Positions 36,022 through 47,462 of a stretch of DNA of 64,000 nt are shown here, one piece after another. A model generated the notes under the pieces. The model saw only the letters and a list, made by a program, of their open reading frames with translations. It was not told the origin of the DNA and searched no databases. Source of the stretch: Candidatus Saccharicenans sp. (lineage in GTDB: Bacteria; Acidobacteriota; Aminicenantia; Aminicenantales; Saccharicenantaceae); contig JASEIU010000004.1 in assembly GCA_030017715.1 (NCBI GenBank), forward strand, positions 139,456-203,455, read 5' to 3'. The translations under genes and the position numbers were made by a program. The number at the start of each line of letters is the position of its first letter. Position 1 is the stretch's first letter.

Positions 36022-37485
36022 TCACTTCACTGATTTAATCTTCGGGTGATAATTGCTATGACGCACCATCCTGACGACTCTGCCCGATTGATCACGTTCG
36101 AAGACCACTTCTTCCCCGAGGGTATCGTCATCGCGGAGGCGTCTGAAAGTGTCGGCTTCAATGTGCCGAAGCAGCGTCAGCCCCTTCGCCGGATTGTCGG
36201 ACGGCAGACTGACCAGAGCCAGTTTACCCTGCCAGGGAAGGACTACGGTTTCACCCCACCAGGGTTGAGCATCATAATAACCGGCATAGTCTTCAAGATT
36301 AACAGCCGGGTCTTCAGCCCCTTCTTTTTTTGGGGCGGCTTTTTTGAGGATCTCCCGGAGGCCCCTGGCGTATTTTTCCGGTTCCGTTCCAGAGGCATTA
36401 ATCATCACGACAAAGGCCTGTTTCTGGCCGGGGTCAATCATCAGGGTGCTTCTGTATCCGGGGCAGGAACCTCCATGTCCAACCACTGTCCTGCCGTCCA
36501 TCTCATAAACGGAAAATCCCAGGCCCCAGGAAGTTTTCCAGTCCGGATCCATCCAGTGAACCCGGTGCATTTCGCACAGGGTTGGGGCTTTAAGAACCTC
36601 TTCCCCGCCTCTGGACAGAAGGCGGAATTGCCAGGAAGCAAATCTGGCCAGGTCCAGGACGGTGGAGGAAAATCCGGCTGCCGGTTTGATCCCTTCGGCC
36701 TGGAAAAGCGGCAACCTTTCCCGGGTGCCATTTCTGGTGAGAAAGCTGTACCCGGTGGCCAGCCTGTTTCTCCACAGTTCTTTGGGGAGATAGGGGCGAG
36801 TGTCTTGCAGGCCGAGCGGTTTAAGGATTTTTTCCTGGATGTAATCATCGTAGGATTGTCCTGACAATTCAACCACAATCTCGCCCAGGAGGCTCATTCC
36901 AAGGTTGCTGTACTGAAAATAAGTCGATGGCGGGTAGAGGGTTTTTTGACTTCCGAGTTTTTCTCTGAGCTGCTCTCGGCCGGGAAAAATAAAATCCGGT
37001 TTGCTCCAGTATGGATAATCAGACTCGCGGGGCAAACCTGAGGAATGGGTTAAAAGCGAACGGATGGTAATGGGTCCGCTGTCCGGGTACTGCTGTTTGA
37101 TGTCAAACCAGGGCAGATGATCGCTCACCAGGTCGTCCAGCCTGAGCCGGCCTGCGTCGCGAAGCTGCATGATGGCCACCGAGGTAAACAGCTTGGAGAT
37201 CGAACAGATGCTGTAGATTGTATCCGTTGAAGCCTTAACTTTTTTCTCCAGGTCAGCCAGACCGTAAGCTCTGGCAAAAATTATATCCTGATCTTCCACC
37301 ACAGCTACTGACATACCGGGCAGACGTTCATAATCGCGCTGAGCCTCCAGCCAGATGTCAATCAGCCTTAAGGCTTCGGTATAAACAGCCTGGCTGCTGG
37401 TTTTATTCTGGGCACTAATTCCGTCAGGGAAGCTTAAAATAATGAGTAAGAATAGAAAAAAGCCCCATAAACACTTTCTTTCCAT
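36022..37485 (-). CDS. secreted serine hydrolase of the beta-lactamase/PBP4 (class C-like) family
   Basis: The S-x-x-K motif (SICSISKLFTS) and a YSN motif are present. The signal peptide is MERKCLWGFFLFLLIILSF. The start is taken at the ATG preceded by GGAGG; ORF 37530 is a longer in-frame alternative. Confidence 0.8.
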   Translation of the reverse strand: MERKCLWGFFLFLLIILSFPDGISAQNKTSSQAVYTEALRLIDIWLEAQRDYERLPGMSVAVVEDQDIIFARAYGLADLEKKVKASTDTIYSICSISKLFTSVAIMQLRDAGRLRLDDLVSDHLPWFDIKQQYPDSGPITIRSLLTHSSGLPRESDYPYWSKPDFIFPGREQLREKLGSQKTLYPPSTYFQYSNLGMSLLGEIVVELSGQSYDDYIQEKILKPLGLQDTRPYLPKELWRNRLATGYSFLTRNGTRERLPLFQAEGIKPAAGFSSTVLDLARFASWQFRLLSRGGEEVLKAPTLCEMHRVHWMDPDWKTSWGLGFSVYEMDGRTVVGHGGSCPGYRSTLMIDPGQKQAFVVMINASGTEPEKYARGLREILKKAAPKKEGAEDPAVNLEDYAGYYDAQPWWGETVVLPWQGKLALVSLPSDNPAKGLTLLRHIEADTFRRLRDDDTLGEEVVFERDQSGRVVRMVRHSNYHPKIKSVK

Positions 37486-37878
37486 CCGTTCCTCCGGCGC
37501 CATAAAATTTAGACAGACTTTATTAGACAACAGCTAAAGACTTTTTTTAAGCGGGAAATTTCTCCAGCCTGGCTCCGGAAAAGCTTAAATTAAGAAATAT
37601 CCGAAAGTATTCACCAAGATCCATTCGCTGTCTGAGAAAATGGTTTCGCCAGCTTCGGGCTGGCGAGGACAGAAAAAGATTCTGATTAAGGTCAATAAGA
37701 GAAGGCAAATTCTTGTCACACTTGATATTTTAGCCAGCCAAAAAGAGAATTTTATTTTTAACACCCATCATCGACAGAGCAATCTTATCCTTGACCGAAA
37801 GCAAGAAAAGGATTCCTTAAGGGACGCCAGCCTAAAAATTAATTTGCCGGACGCCGGCCAGAATGGTAAATTTTTCCC

Positions 37879-39054
37879 ATGGAAAAAAGCAGTTTTCTTG
37901 CCAATTTAGAATGCGGCTGGTGCCGGAGGGAGTATGAACCCGACCGGCTGTGGAATCTCTGTCCGGACTGCGGCAAACCGCTCCTGGCCCGCTATGACCT
38001 CCGGGCCGTGGCCCGGGCGGTTAGCCCGAGGGACCTGCCGGGGCGGGAGCCGTCGCTCTGGCGCTACCGGGAGCTGCTTCCTCTGCGCAGCGACCGTTTC
38101 AAGCTTTCTCTGGGCGAGGGCTATACACCTTTAATGAGGGCTTACCGGCTGGAAAAGGAAATCGGACACGGCCCTCTTTTCATCAAGGACGAGGGACTTA
38201 ACCCGACCGGGTCTTTCAAGGCGAGAGGACTCAGCCTGGCCGTCTCCCGGGCTCTGGAGCTCGGGATTAAGTCTCTTTCCATTCCTTCCGCCGGCAATGC
38301 CGCCTGTGCCCTCAGTGCCTATGCAGCTGCAGCCGGGCTGGAAGCCCACGTTTACCTGCCGGCCGACGTTCCCCGGCCTTTCATCACTGAATGCCGGGTG
38401 CTTGGAGCTCAGGTGCATTTAATCGACGGCTTGATCACCGACTGCGCCCGGGCTGCCAGAGAAGACCTGGAGAAATACGGTCGTTTTGATGTTTCCACGC
38501 TCAAGGAGCCTTACAGACTCGAAGGCAAAAAAACTATGGGCTATGAACTGGCCGAGCAGATGGACTGGGCTCTTCCGGAAGTGATCGTTTATCCGACGGG
38601 CGGAGGCACCGGGCTGGTCGGGATGTGGAAAGCCTTTGAGGAGCTGGAAAAACTCGGCTGGATCGGTTCCAAACGTCCGAGGCTGGTCACGGTTCAAGCC
38701 GAAGGCTGCGCCCCGATGGTCAAAGCCTTCCATGAGGGGAAGGAATTTGCCGAACCCTGGTCTGAAGCCAGCACCATAGCCGACGGTCTGCGGGTGCCGG
38801 CGGCCGTCGGGGATTTCCTGATTCTGCGGGCTTTGCGGGAAAGCCGGGGAACGGCGGTGGCGGTTTCCGACCGAGAAATTCTGGAGGCAACTTACCTGCT
38901 GGGAAGAACGACCGGCATCTGGCCGGCTCCCGAGGGGGGAGCGACGCTGGCCGCTCTTCGGCGTTTGCAGCAAGAGGAATGGATAAAAGATGGCCAATCA
39001 GTCGTGCTGTTCAACACCGGAAACGGCGCCAGGTATTCTCGACTCTGGGACTGA
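37879..39054 (+). CDS. thrC: threonine synthase-like PLP enzyme with N-terminal zinc ribbon
   Basis: The PLP lysine motif is GSFKARG. The N-terminus is CGWCRREY..CPDCG. The glycine-rich loop PTGGGTG is present. Confidence 0.85.
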   Translation: MEKSSFLANLECGWCRREYEPDRLWNLCPDCGKPLLARYDLRAVARAVSPRDLPGREPSLWRYRELLPLRSDRFKLSLGEGYTPLMRAYRLEKEIGHGPLFIKDEGLNPTGSFKARGLSLAVSRALELGIKSLSIPSAGNAACALSAYAAAAGLEAHVYLPADVPRPFITECRVLGAQVHLIDGLITDCARAAREDLEKYGRFDVSTLKEPYRLEGKKTMGYELAEQMDWALPEVIVYPTGGGTGLVGMWKAFEELEKLGWIGSKRPRLVTVQAEGCAPMVKAFHEGKEFAEPWSEASTIADGLRVPAAVGDFLILRALRESRGTAVAVSDREILEATYLLGRTTGIWPAPEGGATLAALRRLQQEEWIKDGQSVVLFNTGNGARYSRLWD

Positions 39055-39291
39055 ACTGAGCTCCAGGCGCAGCTTGCGGCCTGAAAAAGTGTTCCCGGTT
39101 GTCCTTTCCGGGCCAATCGGGGAGAGCCTGAGTTTTTGCTTTCGTCCGTCTGTCGGTTGACCTGTTTCCGAAGACATGTATAATCATCGTGATTGATTGG
39201 TTAAAAATCAAAATATTTTTGATTTACGGACATAATTATTATCAAGAAATTTTGCTTCCGGGCAAGCTAAAGCCTGATCGGGAGGGTGAGG

Positions 39292-39747
39292 ATGGATAAA
39301 GCGGTGCTTTATGAGAGAATAATTCAACAGCTTCAAGAATTGTTCCGAAAGTCAGAAGACCCGATTGCCAGAATGGCGACAGTCAGCGCCCTGCTTTATC
39401 ATAAATTCGATTATTATTTCTGGTGTGGGTTTTACCTGCTAAAAGATAATGAGCTCATCGTCGGTCCTTACCAGGGACCGCTGGCCTGCCTTAAGCTGGC
39501 CCATAATAAAGGCGTTTGCTGGGCCGGGGTGCGAGAGAGAAAACCGGTTATCGTCCCTGACGTTCATAAGTTCCCGGACCATATTGCCTGCGATGAGCGT
39601 TCGCAATCGGAAATCGTCGTTCCGGTTTTTACCCCTGAAGGACAGGTTTACGGAGTAATCGATGTCGATTCCGACAGGCTGGACAGTTTCGACCAGGTGG
39701 ATGCCCGGCACCTGCAGCAGATAGCCGGGATGATTTTTGCGGGATAA
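39292..39747 (+). CDS. GAF-domain protein (free methionine-(R)-sulfoxide reductase, fRMsr/MsrC-like)
   Basis: Motifs YYFWCGFYLL, GPLACLKLAHNKGVCWAGV and IACDERSQSEIVVPV are present. The start is taken at the ATG 6 nt after GGGAGG; ORF 39286 uses a GTG. Confidence 0.8.
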   Translation: MDKAVLYERIIQQLQELFRKSEDPIARMATVSALLYHKFDYYFWCGFYLLKDNELIVGPYQGPLACLKLAHNKGVCWAGVRERKPVIVPDVHKFPDHIACDERSQSEIVVPVFTPEGQVYGVIDVDSDRLDSFDQVDARHLQQIAGMIFAG

Positions 39748-39829
39748 TCGCTCTGGCAGATAAAAGTCTGCCTCTTAGTCCTCAGAAAAATATTCTTCCG
39801 GGTTACCAGAAAATACAGGGAATCGGCGG

Positions 39830-41062
39830 CTACTTCCGGTGCAGCTTCAGACGATAGAATTTTCTCTTGCCGATCTTGAGGATCTGTTCCGTCCTGGCGC
39901 TGTCAAGTTTGTGTTCCAGGTCTTCGACCCTCTGGCTGTTGATATATACTCCGCCCTGGCGGATGAGCCGTTTGGCCTCGCCGCGGGAGGAGACTATTCC
40001 CAGATTAACCATCAACTCGACCAGCTCCGGAAGGTTCTCCGCCCCTCCGACTTCGACAATTTTTTCTTCCATTTCGCTGGGCAGGTCTTTATGTTTGAAA
40101 ATCCGGTCGAACTCTTCGGCCGCTCTTTTTCCTTCTTCCTCTCCCCAGAAATCAGCCACTATCATCCGGGCCAGTTGAGCCTTCAAGTCGCGGGGGTTGA
40201 CTTTGCCCTCTCTGGCCTGCTGTTTCCAGCTTTCAATCTGTTCGCTCGGGACATCGGTCAGCAGCTCATAGTAGCGATACATAAGCTGGTCGGAAATTGA
40301 CATCAGCTTGCCGAAAATTTCTTCCGGGGGTTCGTTGATACCGACGTAATTGCCGAGCGACTTGGACATTTTTTCCACTCCGTCCAGTCCTTCAAGCAGG
40401 GGCATGGTCAGAATCACCTGGGGCTCCTGACCGTACTCGCGCTGGATTTCCCGGCCGACCAGCAGGTTGAATTTCTGGTCGGTGCCTCCCAGCTCCACGT
40501 CAGCCTTGAGAGCCACTGAATCGTAGGCCTGCATCAGAGGGTAGAGGAGCTCGTGGACTGAAATTGGCAGCCCGGCTCTAAACCTTTTGGTGAAATCGTC
40601 ACGCTCCAGAATCCTGGCCACCGTGTATCTGGAGGTGAGTCTGATGATGTCAAAACTGGACAGCGCCCCCAGCCAGTGCGAGTTGAAATCTATAATTGTT
40701 TTCTGGGGGTCGAGAATTTTGAAAACCTGCTGTTTATAGGTCTCGGCGTTGCGATTGATTTCCTCCCTGGTCATGGCCGGCCTGGTGGCCGAGCGGCCGC
40801 TGGGGTCGCCGATCAGGCCGGTAAAGTCACCGATCAGAAAAATAACCTCATGACCCAGCTCCTGGAAGTGCTTCATCTTTCTTAGGAGGACAGTATGTCC
40901 CAGATGAATATCCGGGGCCGTCGGGTCAAACCCGGCTTTAACCCGGAGCGGACGGTTCTCTTGCCTGGACCTTTCCAGTTTTCTGACCAGGTCTTCTTCC
41001 TGGATGATTTCCACCGCTCCTTTTTTAAGCAGCTTCATTTGTTCTTCGACCGGCTTGAACAT
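39830..41062 (-). CDS. tyrS: tyrosine--tRNA ligase
   Basis: The HIGH motif (PDIHLGHTV), KMSKS (KMSKSLGN) and a C-terminal S4-like domain are present. Confidence 0.95.
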   Translation of the reverse strand: MFKPVEEQMKLLKKGAVEIIQEEDLVRKLERSRQENRPLRVKAGFDPTAPDIHLGHTVLLRKMKHFQELGHEVIFLIGDFTGLIGDPSGRSATRPAMTREEINRNAETYKQQVFKILDPQKTIIDFNSHWLGALSSFDIIRLTSRYTVARILERDDFTKRFRAGLPISVHELLYPLMQAYDSVALKADVELGGTDQKFNLLVGREIQREYGQEPQVILTMPLLEGLDGVEKMSKSLGNYVGINEPPEEIFGKLMSISDQLMYRYYELLTDVPSEQIESWKQQAREGKVNPRDLKAQLARMIVADFWGEEEGKRAAEEFDRIFKHKDLPSEMEEKIVEVGGAENLPELVELMVNLGIVSSRGEAKRLIRQGGVYINSQRVEDLEHKLDSARTEQILKIGKRKFYRLKLHRK

Positions 41063-41212
41063 GGCTCTAACCTCGGTTGAACTTTAAGCTATAAATATGA
41101 CCTAATATGAATTTAATTTCAAGGGAAGGAAACAGGATTTTTTGAGGCCGAAGCGCAGGTCCCGGGACATCTGCCGGCCGCTCATAATATCTAAGGTTTA
41201 GTTGAAACGCTA

Positions 41213-41857
41213 TCAGTCGAGAATATAGACCTTGCGGCCCCGCACTTCCAGCCGGCCTTCAAAGTAAAGTCGCACCGCTTCGGGATATATTTTGTGTTCC
41301 CATTCTAAAATTCTGTTGGCCAGAGTCTCCTCGGTATCATCCTGGTGGACAGGGACCACGGCCTGCAGAATAATCGGTCCGGCATCAACTTCTTCCCAGA
41401 CGAAATGCACGGTGGCCCCTGAATAACGAACTCCGTAATCCACTGCCTGTTTCTGGGCATGAAGTCCGGGAAATGAGGGCAGGAGCGCGGGGTGGATATT
41501 CATGATGCGGTTTCTAAAAGCCTGGCAGAACGGTGGCGTGATTATTTTCATGTAGCCGGCCAGGCAGACCAGGTCGGCCTCGCGTTTTTTCAATTCTTCC
41601 ACAATGGCCGCATCATAGGCTTCCTTGCCGGGAAAGGTTTTAGGGTCCAGATGAAGAGTCTCCAGGCCTCTTTCTCTGGCGGTTTGCAGCCCCGGGGCAT
41701 CGGCTTTGTTGCTGACAACCAGCACAATGTCGGCGTTGATAACGCCGGCCAGGATGGCATCATGAATGGCTCTAAAATTAGAACCTCTTCCGGAGAGCAA
41801 AATCGCCACCCGGCCTCTTTTATTTGGGCTCCTGAAGATTGGCTCTTCCATGTTCAC
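41213..41857 (-). CDS. purN: phosphoribosylglycinamide formyltransferase
   Basis: Motifs VAILLSGRGSNFRAI and VCLAGYMKII are present. It is the last gene of the minus-strand pur cluster. Confidence 0.9.
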   Translation of the reverse strand: MNMEEPIFRSPNKRGRVAILLSGRGSNFRAIHDAILAGVINADIVLVVSNKADAPGLQTARERGLETLHLDPKTFPGKEAYDAAIVEELKKREADLVCLAGYMKIITPPFCQAFRNRIMNIHPALLPSFPGLHAQKQAVDYGVRYSGATVHFVWEEVDAGPIILQAVVPVHQDDTEETLANRILEWEHKIYPEAVRLYFEGRLEVRGRKVYILD

Positions 41858-41873
41858 TCACCTTTTATTTTTT

Positions 41874-44111
41874 CTAATTTTTTTTAATCTTAAAATAGTC
41901 CGGGATGGCGTTCTTCCAGGCTCTGAAGCCCAGGTCTAAGGGCTGGTCGATGACTTTCTTCTTCCTGTGCCAGATGACCATCTTCCGGCCTCCGGTCTGA
42001 CCTATAATCCTGGCCGGAACTTTCATTTTTCTGGCCAGGGCCAGAATTTTTCTGACATTTTTCTGCCTGGCTACCAGAATTATTCTCGACTGGCTTTCGC
42101 CGAACAGAAGGGCATCAGTCCTGATAGCGTCGTTGAGCTTGACCTGAAAACCGATCCGGCGCTGACCCTTAAATGAACACTCAGCCAGGGCCAGAGCCAG
42201 TCCGCCTTCGGACAGGTCATGGGCGGTTCTAACCAGCCCGGCCATAATGGCCTGTCGGCAACATTCCTGGACCCGTTTTTCTTTCTCGAAATTGAGAGTC
42301 GGCGGCTCGCCCTTTTCCTCCGAAAATACCAGGCGCAGGTATTCGGAACCGCCCAGCTCAGCTTTGTTTTCTCCGAGCAGGATAATGGTTTCGCCTGCGG
42401 CCCTGAATCCGGCTGCCGGCACCAGAGAGGTGTTTTCAACCAGCCCTATAATCCCCAGCACCGGGGTTGGGTAGACCGCTTTACCTTCAGTTTCGTTATA
42501 GAAGCTGACGTTTCCGCCTGTGACCGGAATTTCAAACTGGCGGCAGGCTTCGGCGATTCCTTCCACTGCCTGTTTGAACTGCCACATGACTTCCGGTTTT
42601 TCAGGATTGCCGAAATTGAGGCAATTGGTAACGCCGATGGGAGCGGCCCCGGCACAGGCCAGGTTACGGCAGGCCTCGGCCACCGCTATTTGCCCGCCTT
42701 TTCTGGGATTCAGATAAGTGTAAAGGGAGTTTCCGTCGAGCGTTATAGCCAGGCCTTTTTTAAGGCCCTTCAGCCTGAGGACGGCGGCATCGGCTCCCGG
42801 AAGCACCATGGTGTTAACCTGGACCATATGGTCATACTGTCGGAAGACCCATTCTTTATCGGCGATATTTGGTGAGGCCAGCAGCTGGAGGAAAACCTGG
42901 TTGAGGTCCGAGGGCATCTCCGGAAGGCGCAATCTGGTCGCTTTTTTAAGAAAAGCGGGTGTCGCGGCCGGCCGCCGGTAAGCCGGACAGAGGTCGACCA
43001 CCGCTTCGACCGGAATATCTATCACGAGCTGGCCCTGAAAATAAGCCTTGAGCTGACCGTCTCCTGTGACTTTTCCGATGACCACGGCATCAAGGTCCCA
43101 TTTGTTGAAAATTCTCTGCAGCTCTTCCACCTTATCCGGCTCGGCTACAATCAGCATCCGCTCCTGCGATTCGGACAGCATTATTTCGTAAGGATTCATC
43201 CCGGCTTCTCGCTGGGGCACCAGGTCCAGGTTTATTTCCATTCCAGTCCCGGCTTTAGCGGCCATTTCGGTGGTGGAACAGGTCAGTCCGGCCGCGCCCA
43301 TATCCTGGATACCGATGATCAGATTCCTGGACATGGCTTCGAGGCAGGCTTCCAGGAGAAGTTTTTCTTTGAAGGGGTCGCCCACCTGAACATTCGGTCT
43401 CTTGTGTTCGGTTTCTTCGCCGAATTCGGCCGAGGCCATGGTGGCTCCATGTATGCCGTCGCGCCCGGTTTTGGCCCCGACATAAATCACCGCATTGCCA
43501 GGGCCATGGGCTCTGGCCAGGAAAAGTTTATCTTTACGGGCCAGACCGAGGCAACAGACATTGACCAGCGGATTCTGGGCGTAACAGTCGTTAAAATAAA
43601 CTTCGCCCCCGACGGTGGGTACGCCGAAGGAATTTCCATAACCGGAGATGCCGCTGACCACCCCGTCCATGATGGAACGGTTCCGGGGCTCGTCGATCGG
43701 TCCGAAGCGGAGGGAATCCAGAACTGCCACCGGCCTGGCTCCCATGGTAAAGATATCTCTCAGGATGCCCCCGACTCCGGTCGCGGCTCCCTGGTAGGGT
43801 TCGATATAAGAAGGATGGTTATGGGATTCTATCTTAAAAACAACAGCCAGCCCGTCTCCGATGTCCATAACTCCGGCATTCTCTCCTGGCCCCTGGATCA
43901 GGTGCTTACCCCGGGTCGGGAATTTTTTCAGGTGGACCCTGGAACTCTTGTAGCCACAGTGTTCCGACCACATTACAGAAAAGATGCCCAGTTCGGTCAG
44001 GTTTGGTTCGCGGCCGATGAGCTTGACGATCAGGTCGTATTCTTCCCGGGTCAGGTTATGGTCAGCCAGCGTTTTTGCGTCAATCATGGTCATATCCTCA
44101 GAAAGTTCCAA
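41874..44111 (-). CDS. purL: phosphoribosylformylglycinamidine synthase subunit PurL
   Basis: The 745-aa product has duplicated AIR-synthase-like domains. The N-terminus is typical (..[25 protein letters not shown]). Confidence 0.95.
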   Translation of the reverse strand: MELSEDMTMIDAKTLADHNLTREEYDLIVKLIGREPNLTELGIFSVMWSEHCGYKSSRVHLKKFPTRGKHLIQGPGENAGVMDIGDGLAVVFKIESHNHPSYIEPYQGAATGVGGILRDIFTMGARPVAVLDSLRFGPIDEPRNRSIMDGVVSGISGYGNSFGVPTVGGEVYFNDCYAQNPLVNVCCLGLARKDKLFLARAHGPGNAVIYVGAKTGRDGIHGATMASAEFGEETEHKRPNVQVGDPFKEKLLLEACLEAMSRNLIIGIQDMGAAGLTCSTTEMAAKAGTGMEINLDLVPQREAGMNPYEIMLSESQERMLIVAEPDKVEELQRIFNKWDLDAVVIGKVTGDGQLKAYFQGQLVIDIPVEAVVDLCPAYRRPAATPAFLKKATRLRLPEMPSDLNQVFLQLLASPNIADKEWVFRQYDHMVQVNTMVLPGADAAVLRLKGLKKGLAITLDGNSLYTYLNPRKGGQIAVAEACRNLACAGAAPIGVTNCLNFGNPEKPEVMWQFKQAVEGIAEACRQFEIPVTGGNVSFYNETEGKAVYPTPVLGIIGLVENTSLVPAAGFRAAGETIILLGENKAELGGSEYLRLVFSEEKGEPPTLNFEKEKRVQECCRQAIMAGLVRTAHDLSEGGLALALAECSFKGQRRIGFQVKLNDAIRTDALLFGESQSRIILVARQKNVRKILALARKMKVPARIIGQTGGRKMVIWHRKKKVIDQPLDLGFRAWKNAIPDYFKIKKN

Positions 44112-44874
44112 TGAGGGGCGGAAGGGGAGAAACCGCGGGCCTGACAGCCCGGACTGTTTTTTTCTTCCCGGTTCCCTTCTTTTTTTCTAAGTAATCAATC
44201 AGCGACCGGAAGATAACCTTCCCGTCCTCACTGCCCAGAATATTTTCCGAGGCTCTTTCGGGGTGAGGCATCATTCCCAGAACATTTCCCTGGCGGTTGA
44301 TCAGGCCGGCGATGCTGTTAACCGAACCGTTGACGTTGGCCTCTTCGGTCAGCTGTCCCTTCCGGTCGCAATAGCGAAAAACGATCTGGTTGTTTTTTTC
44401 CAGCTCGGACAGGAGTTCGGGCGGGGCATAATAATTGCCGTCAAAATGGGCAATCGGAATTCTCAGCACCTGTCCTTTTTTCCCGGCGCCACTGAAAGCG
44501 GTCCGGTTATTTTCGATCCTGATGTTGACCTGCTGGCAGAGGAATTTGAGGTTCTTGTTTCTGAGCATGGCTCCGGGCAGTAAACCTGCCTCCAGCAGAA
44601 TTTGAAAACCGTTACAGATACCGAGAATCAGCCCTCCCGAATCGGCGAATTTTTTAATTTCCCTCATGATGGGGGAAAAGCGGGCGATAGCTCCGGACCG
44701 CAGGTAATCTCCGTAGGAAAACCCCCCCGGCAGAACCACACAGTCGACTCCCTGCAGGTCATGGTCCTTATGCCAGAGAAAAACAGTTTCTTGACCCATG
44801 ACATTCTGCAGAACGTGAAAGGTATCGTAATCGCAATTGGAACCAGGGAAAACGACCACTCCAAACTTCATCAT
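44098..44874 (-). CDS. purQ: phosphoribosylformylglycinamidine synthase subunit PurQ (glutaminase)
   Basis: The N-terminus is [16 protein letters not shown]. The catalytic Cys is in GICNGFQ and the His in MMPHPER. It overlaps the purL start. Confidence 0.9.
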   Translation of the reverse strand: MMKFGVVVFPGSNCDYDTFHVLQNVMGQETVFLWHKDHDLQGVDCVVLPGGFSYGDYLRSGAIARFSPIMREIKKFADSGGLILGICNGFQILLEAGLLPGAMLRNKNLKFLCQQVNIRIENNRTAFSGAGKKGQVLRIPIAHFDGNYYAPPELLSELEKNNQIVFRYCDRKGQLTEEANVNGSVNSIAGLINRQGNVLGMMPHPERASENILGSEDGKVIFRSLIDYLEKKKGTGKKKTVRAVRPAVSPLPPLIGTF

Positions 44875-44897
44875 TCGATCCTTTCTCCACCGGGCCT

Positions 44898-45143
44898 TCA
44901 GGCTTCCATGATTTCCCAGCTGAATTTTTCGATGATAGGGTTGGCCAGCACCCGGTCGGAAATTTCTGGAATTATCTTTTCTGCATCCTGGCGGTTCAGC
45001 CCTTCCAGTTCAAGTTCAAAAACTTTGCCCTGGCGGACATCTTTAACCTGGTGATAGCCCAGGGTGTGCAGCGCATTTCTAACTGTCTGTCCCTGAGGGT
45101 CGAGAACGCTTTCCTTTAACGAGACCAGAATTCTTACCTTCAT
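44898..45143 (-). CDS. purS: phosphoribosylformylglycinamidine synthase subunit PurS
   Basis: The 81-aa product has [21 protein letters not shown]. The gene overlaps the purB stop. Confidence 0.9.
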   Translation of the reverse strand: MKVRILVSLKESVLDPQGQTVRNALHTLGYHQVKDVRQGKVFELELEGLNRQDAEKIIPEISDRVLANPIIEKFSWEIMEA

Positions 45144-46432
45144 TGGAGAACCCTTTCAAATATAAAATCTATCTTCTGTAAATAAGGTTCGAGGAAGAAA
45201 CAGGATTTGATTTCAGCAGCCGACAGGTGGCGGGTAATTTCCGGGTCGGCCGAAACCAGCTCTCGGAAATCGAGATTTTCCTGCCAGGCCTTCAAACTGC
45301 AGCTCTGCACCAGACGGTAGGCTTCTTCTCGGCTCAACCCCTTCCGGGTCAGGGCCAGCATTACTGCCTGGGAAAAAATCAAGCCTCTGGTAGCCTGGAT
45401 ATTCTTCATCATTCTATCCGGATAGACATGCCAGTTGGCGATAATGTCGGTCATTTCTTTCAATAAATAGTCTGTGAGAATAAATGAATCGGGGAAAATA
45501 ATTCTTTCCGCCGAGGAGTGCGAGATGTCTCGTTCATGCCAGAGAGGAATATTTTCCAGGGCTACCTGCAGGTAGCCGCGGACAATCCTGGCCAGGCCGG
45601 CCACTCGTTCGCAGCGCACCGGATTTCTCTTGTGGGGCATGGCCGAGGAACCTTTCTGGCCGCGGGTGAACGGCTCCTCCACTTCCAGGACTTCAGATTT
45701 CTGGAGATGCCTGATTTCAAGGGCAAATTTTTCAAGGGAGGTTACAATCAAAGCCAGGCAGCTCATGACCTCGGCGTGACGGTCGCGCTGCAGGACCTGG
45801 GTGGAGACCGGGGCCGGCTTCAGTTTCAGGGACTTAAGCGCGTGCTTTTCAACCCTTGGGTCCAGGTGAATATAGGTTCCGACTGAGCCGGCAATACGGC
45901 CGACGCTGATTATTTCTCGGGCTGCCCGAAGCCTTTTCAGGTGACGATTTGTTTCTTCGTACCAGACCAGGATCTTAAAACCGAAGGTTATGGGTTCGGC
46001 ATGAACGCCATGAGTTCGTCCGATACACGGAGTTTTCTTGTACTTGAGGGCCATCTTCCTGAGTATTTTCTTGAGTTCCAGCAGTCTCTTTTCCACCCGG
46101 TCCAGTGATTCCACTATCAACAGTGATAAAGCGGTGTCGACCACATCATAGGAGGTAAGACCCATATGGACAAAGCGAGAATCTTGTCCGATATGCTCGG
46201 CTACCGAATTCAAGAAAGCGATCACATCATGCTTGACCACTTTCTCTATTTCTTCGATGCGCTCGACGGAAAATGCGGCTTTTTTCTTGATATTGTTGAG
46301 GGAAGTCCTCGGAATTTTTCCCAGCCGGGCCCAGGCCTCGCAGACGGCCAGCTCCACTGCCAGCCATTTTTGGTATTTGTTTTTTTCGGACCAGATGGCC
46401 CCCATTTCAGGCAGGGTATATCTTTCGATCAT
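45140..46432 (-). CDS. purB: adenylosuccinate lyase
   Basis: The fumarase/ASL family signature region is ..GSSAMPHKRNP... The 430-aa product heads the purBSQLN cluster. Confidence 0.9.
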   Translation of the reverse strand: MIERYTLPEMGAIWSEKNKYQKWLAVELAVCEAWARLGKIPRTSLNNIKKKAAFSVERIEEIEKVVKHDVIAFLNSVAEHIGQDSRFVHMGLTSYDVVDTALSLLIVESLDRVEKRLLELKKILRKMALKYKKTPCIGRTHGVHAEPITFGFKILVWYEETNRHLKRLRAAREIISVGRIAGSVGTYIHLDPRVEKHALKSLKLKPAPVSTQVLQRDRHAEVMSCLALIVTSLEKFALEIRHLQKSEVLEVEEPFTRGQKGSSAMPHKRNPVRCERVAGLARIVRGYLQVALENIPLWHERDISHSSAERIIFPDSFILTDYLLKEMTDIIANWHVYPDRMMKNIQATRGLIFSQAVMLALTRKGLSREEAYRLVQSCSLKAWQENLDFRELVSADPEITRHLSAAEIKSCFFLEPYLQKIDFIFERVLQ

Positions 46433-46464
46433 CAGCAGTTCCTTGTTACCAGAATTGATAATTC

Positions 46465-46493
46465 ATATTACCAATTAGCCTTTTTTAAGTCAA
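46465..46493 (-). promoter_or_regulatory. sigma70-like promoter candidate for the purB operon (minus strand TTGACT-17 nt-TAATAT)
   Basis: The plus-strand complement ATATTA is at 46465-46470 and AGTCAA at 46488-46493, with a 17-nt spacer. It lies about 30 nt upstream of the purB ATG. Confidence 0.4.
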
Positions 46494-46879
46494 TTAAGAA
46501 GAAAGATTGCCTCTCCATTTCCTTGATGACAGAAACAGGGAAAAAGAGGGTCCTGTCAGGTCGGGCCACTATCCTGAAATCCATTCCTTGCCGCTTCATT
46601 ATCGGCCCGGATTGGAAGGAGGGACCTGTCACGGCGCGCCTCCTCCCGTCCTCGCTCCACCCATCCCCCGTGGGGAACCCCTGCGGCTCCGGGCGGTGGG
46701 AGATAGGCCGTGCCACCTTCCTTCAAATATGGTCATAAACCGCCAAAACTCTGGCGCCTGCGGATAAAAAAATGCCCGCGGCGGCCAATTTTTTGCCCGG
46801 GAATCTGTCTAAAGTAATTGAAAGGTTGAAGCTGTGTTGAATTGCGGGCCGTTCCCGGATTAAACTTAATTGAGTTTGG

Positions 46880-47461
46880 ATGATAGATAGAGAGCAGGAA
46901 CTGGGTCTGATCGATAGGGCCCGTAAGGGCGAGGTGGAAGCTTTTATGGCTTTGATTAAAGCTTACCAGGCACCGATTTTCAGACTGATCTATCGGTTGA
47001 CCCGGAACCGGGAAGATGCTGCCGACCTGACCCAGGAAACAATGCTCAAAGCTTACAGCGGCCTGAAAAGTTTCAAGGGCCGGTCCAGCTTTTACACATG
47101 GCTGCACAGAATTGCGGTCAACGAGTCCCTGAATTTTCTAAATAAAATGAACCGGGAAAAGGGAAAGATGGAGTACCTGGACGAAATAAAACCGACCGAC
47201 CCGGGGCTGGCGGCTATAGCTTCTCCCGAAGAGTCCTCGCTGCAGGAGGAGTTCAGGGCCGGTCTGGAACGGGCTCTGGCTGAACTCCCGCTGAATTATA
47301 AGCTGGCTTTTTTTCTGGTCGTGTTTCAGGGCCTGAGTCAGGCCGAAGCCGCGGCTGTGCTCGGTTGTTCGGAAGGAACGGTTTCCTGGAAAATACATGA
47401 GGCCAGGAAGATGATCAGAGAGAGAATGAAGCCCTATCTGAACCGGACCGGAGAGGCGTAA
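46880..47461 (+). CDS. ECF-family RNA polymerase sigma-70 factor
   Basis: Region 2 is RLIYRLTRNREDAADLTQETMLKAY. Region 4 is LPLNYKLAFFLVVFQGLSQAEAAAVLGCSEGTV. Confidence 0.85.
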   Translation: MIDREQELGLIDRARKGEVEAFMALIKAYQAPIFRLIYRLTRNREDAADLTQETMLKAYSGLKSFKGRSSFYTWLHRIAVNESLNFLNKMNREKGKMEYLDEIKPTDPGLAAIASPEESSLQEEFRAGLERALAELPLNYKLAFFLVVFQGLSQAEAAAVLGCSEGTVSWKIHEARKMIRERMKPYLNRTGEA

Positions 47462-47462
47462 A

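Noticed and set aside
46433-46716. Possible purine or ZTP riboswitch upstream of purB (minus strand), and the 82-aa ORF 46468..46716
   Set aside because: The predicted promoter lies only about 30 nt from the purB ATG, leaving no room for a riboswitch. No conserved riboswitch core was recognisable. The 82-aa ORF is Arg/Pro/Gly-rich noncoding-like.
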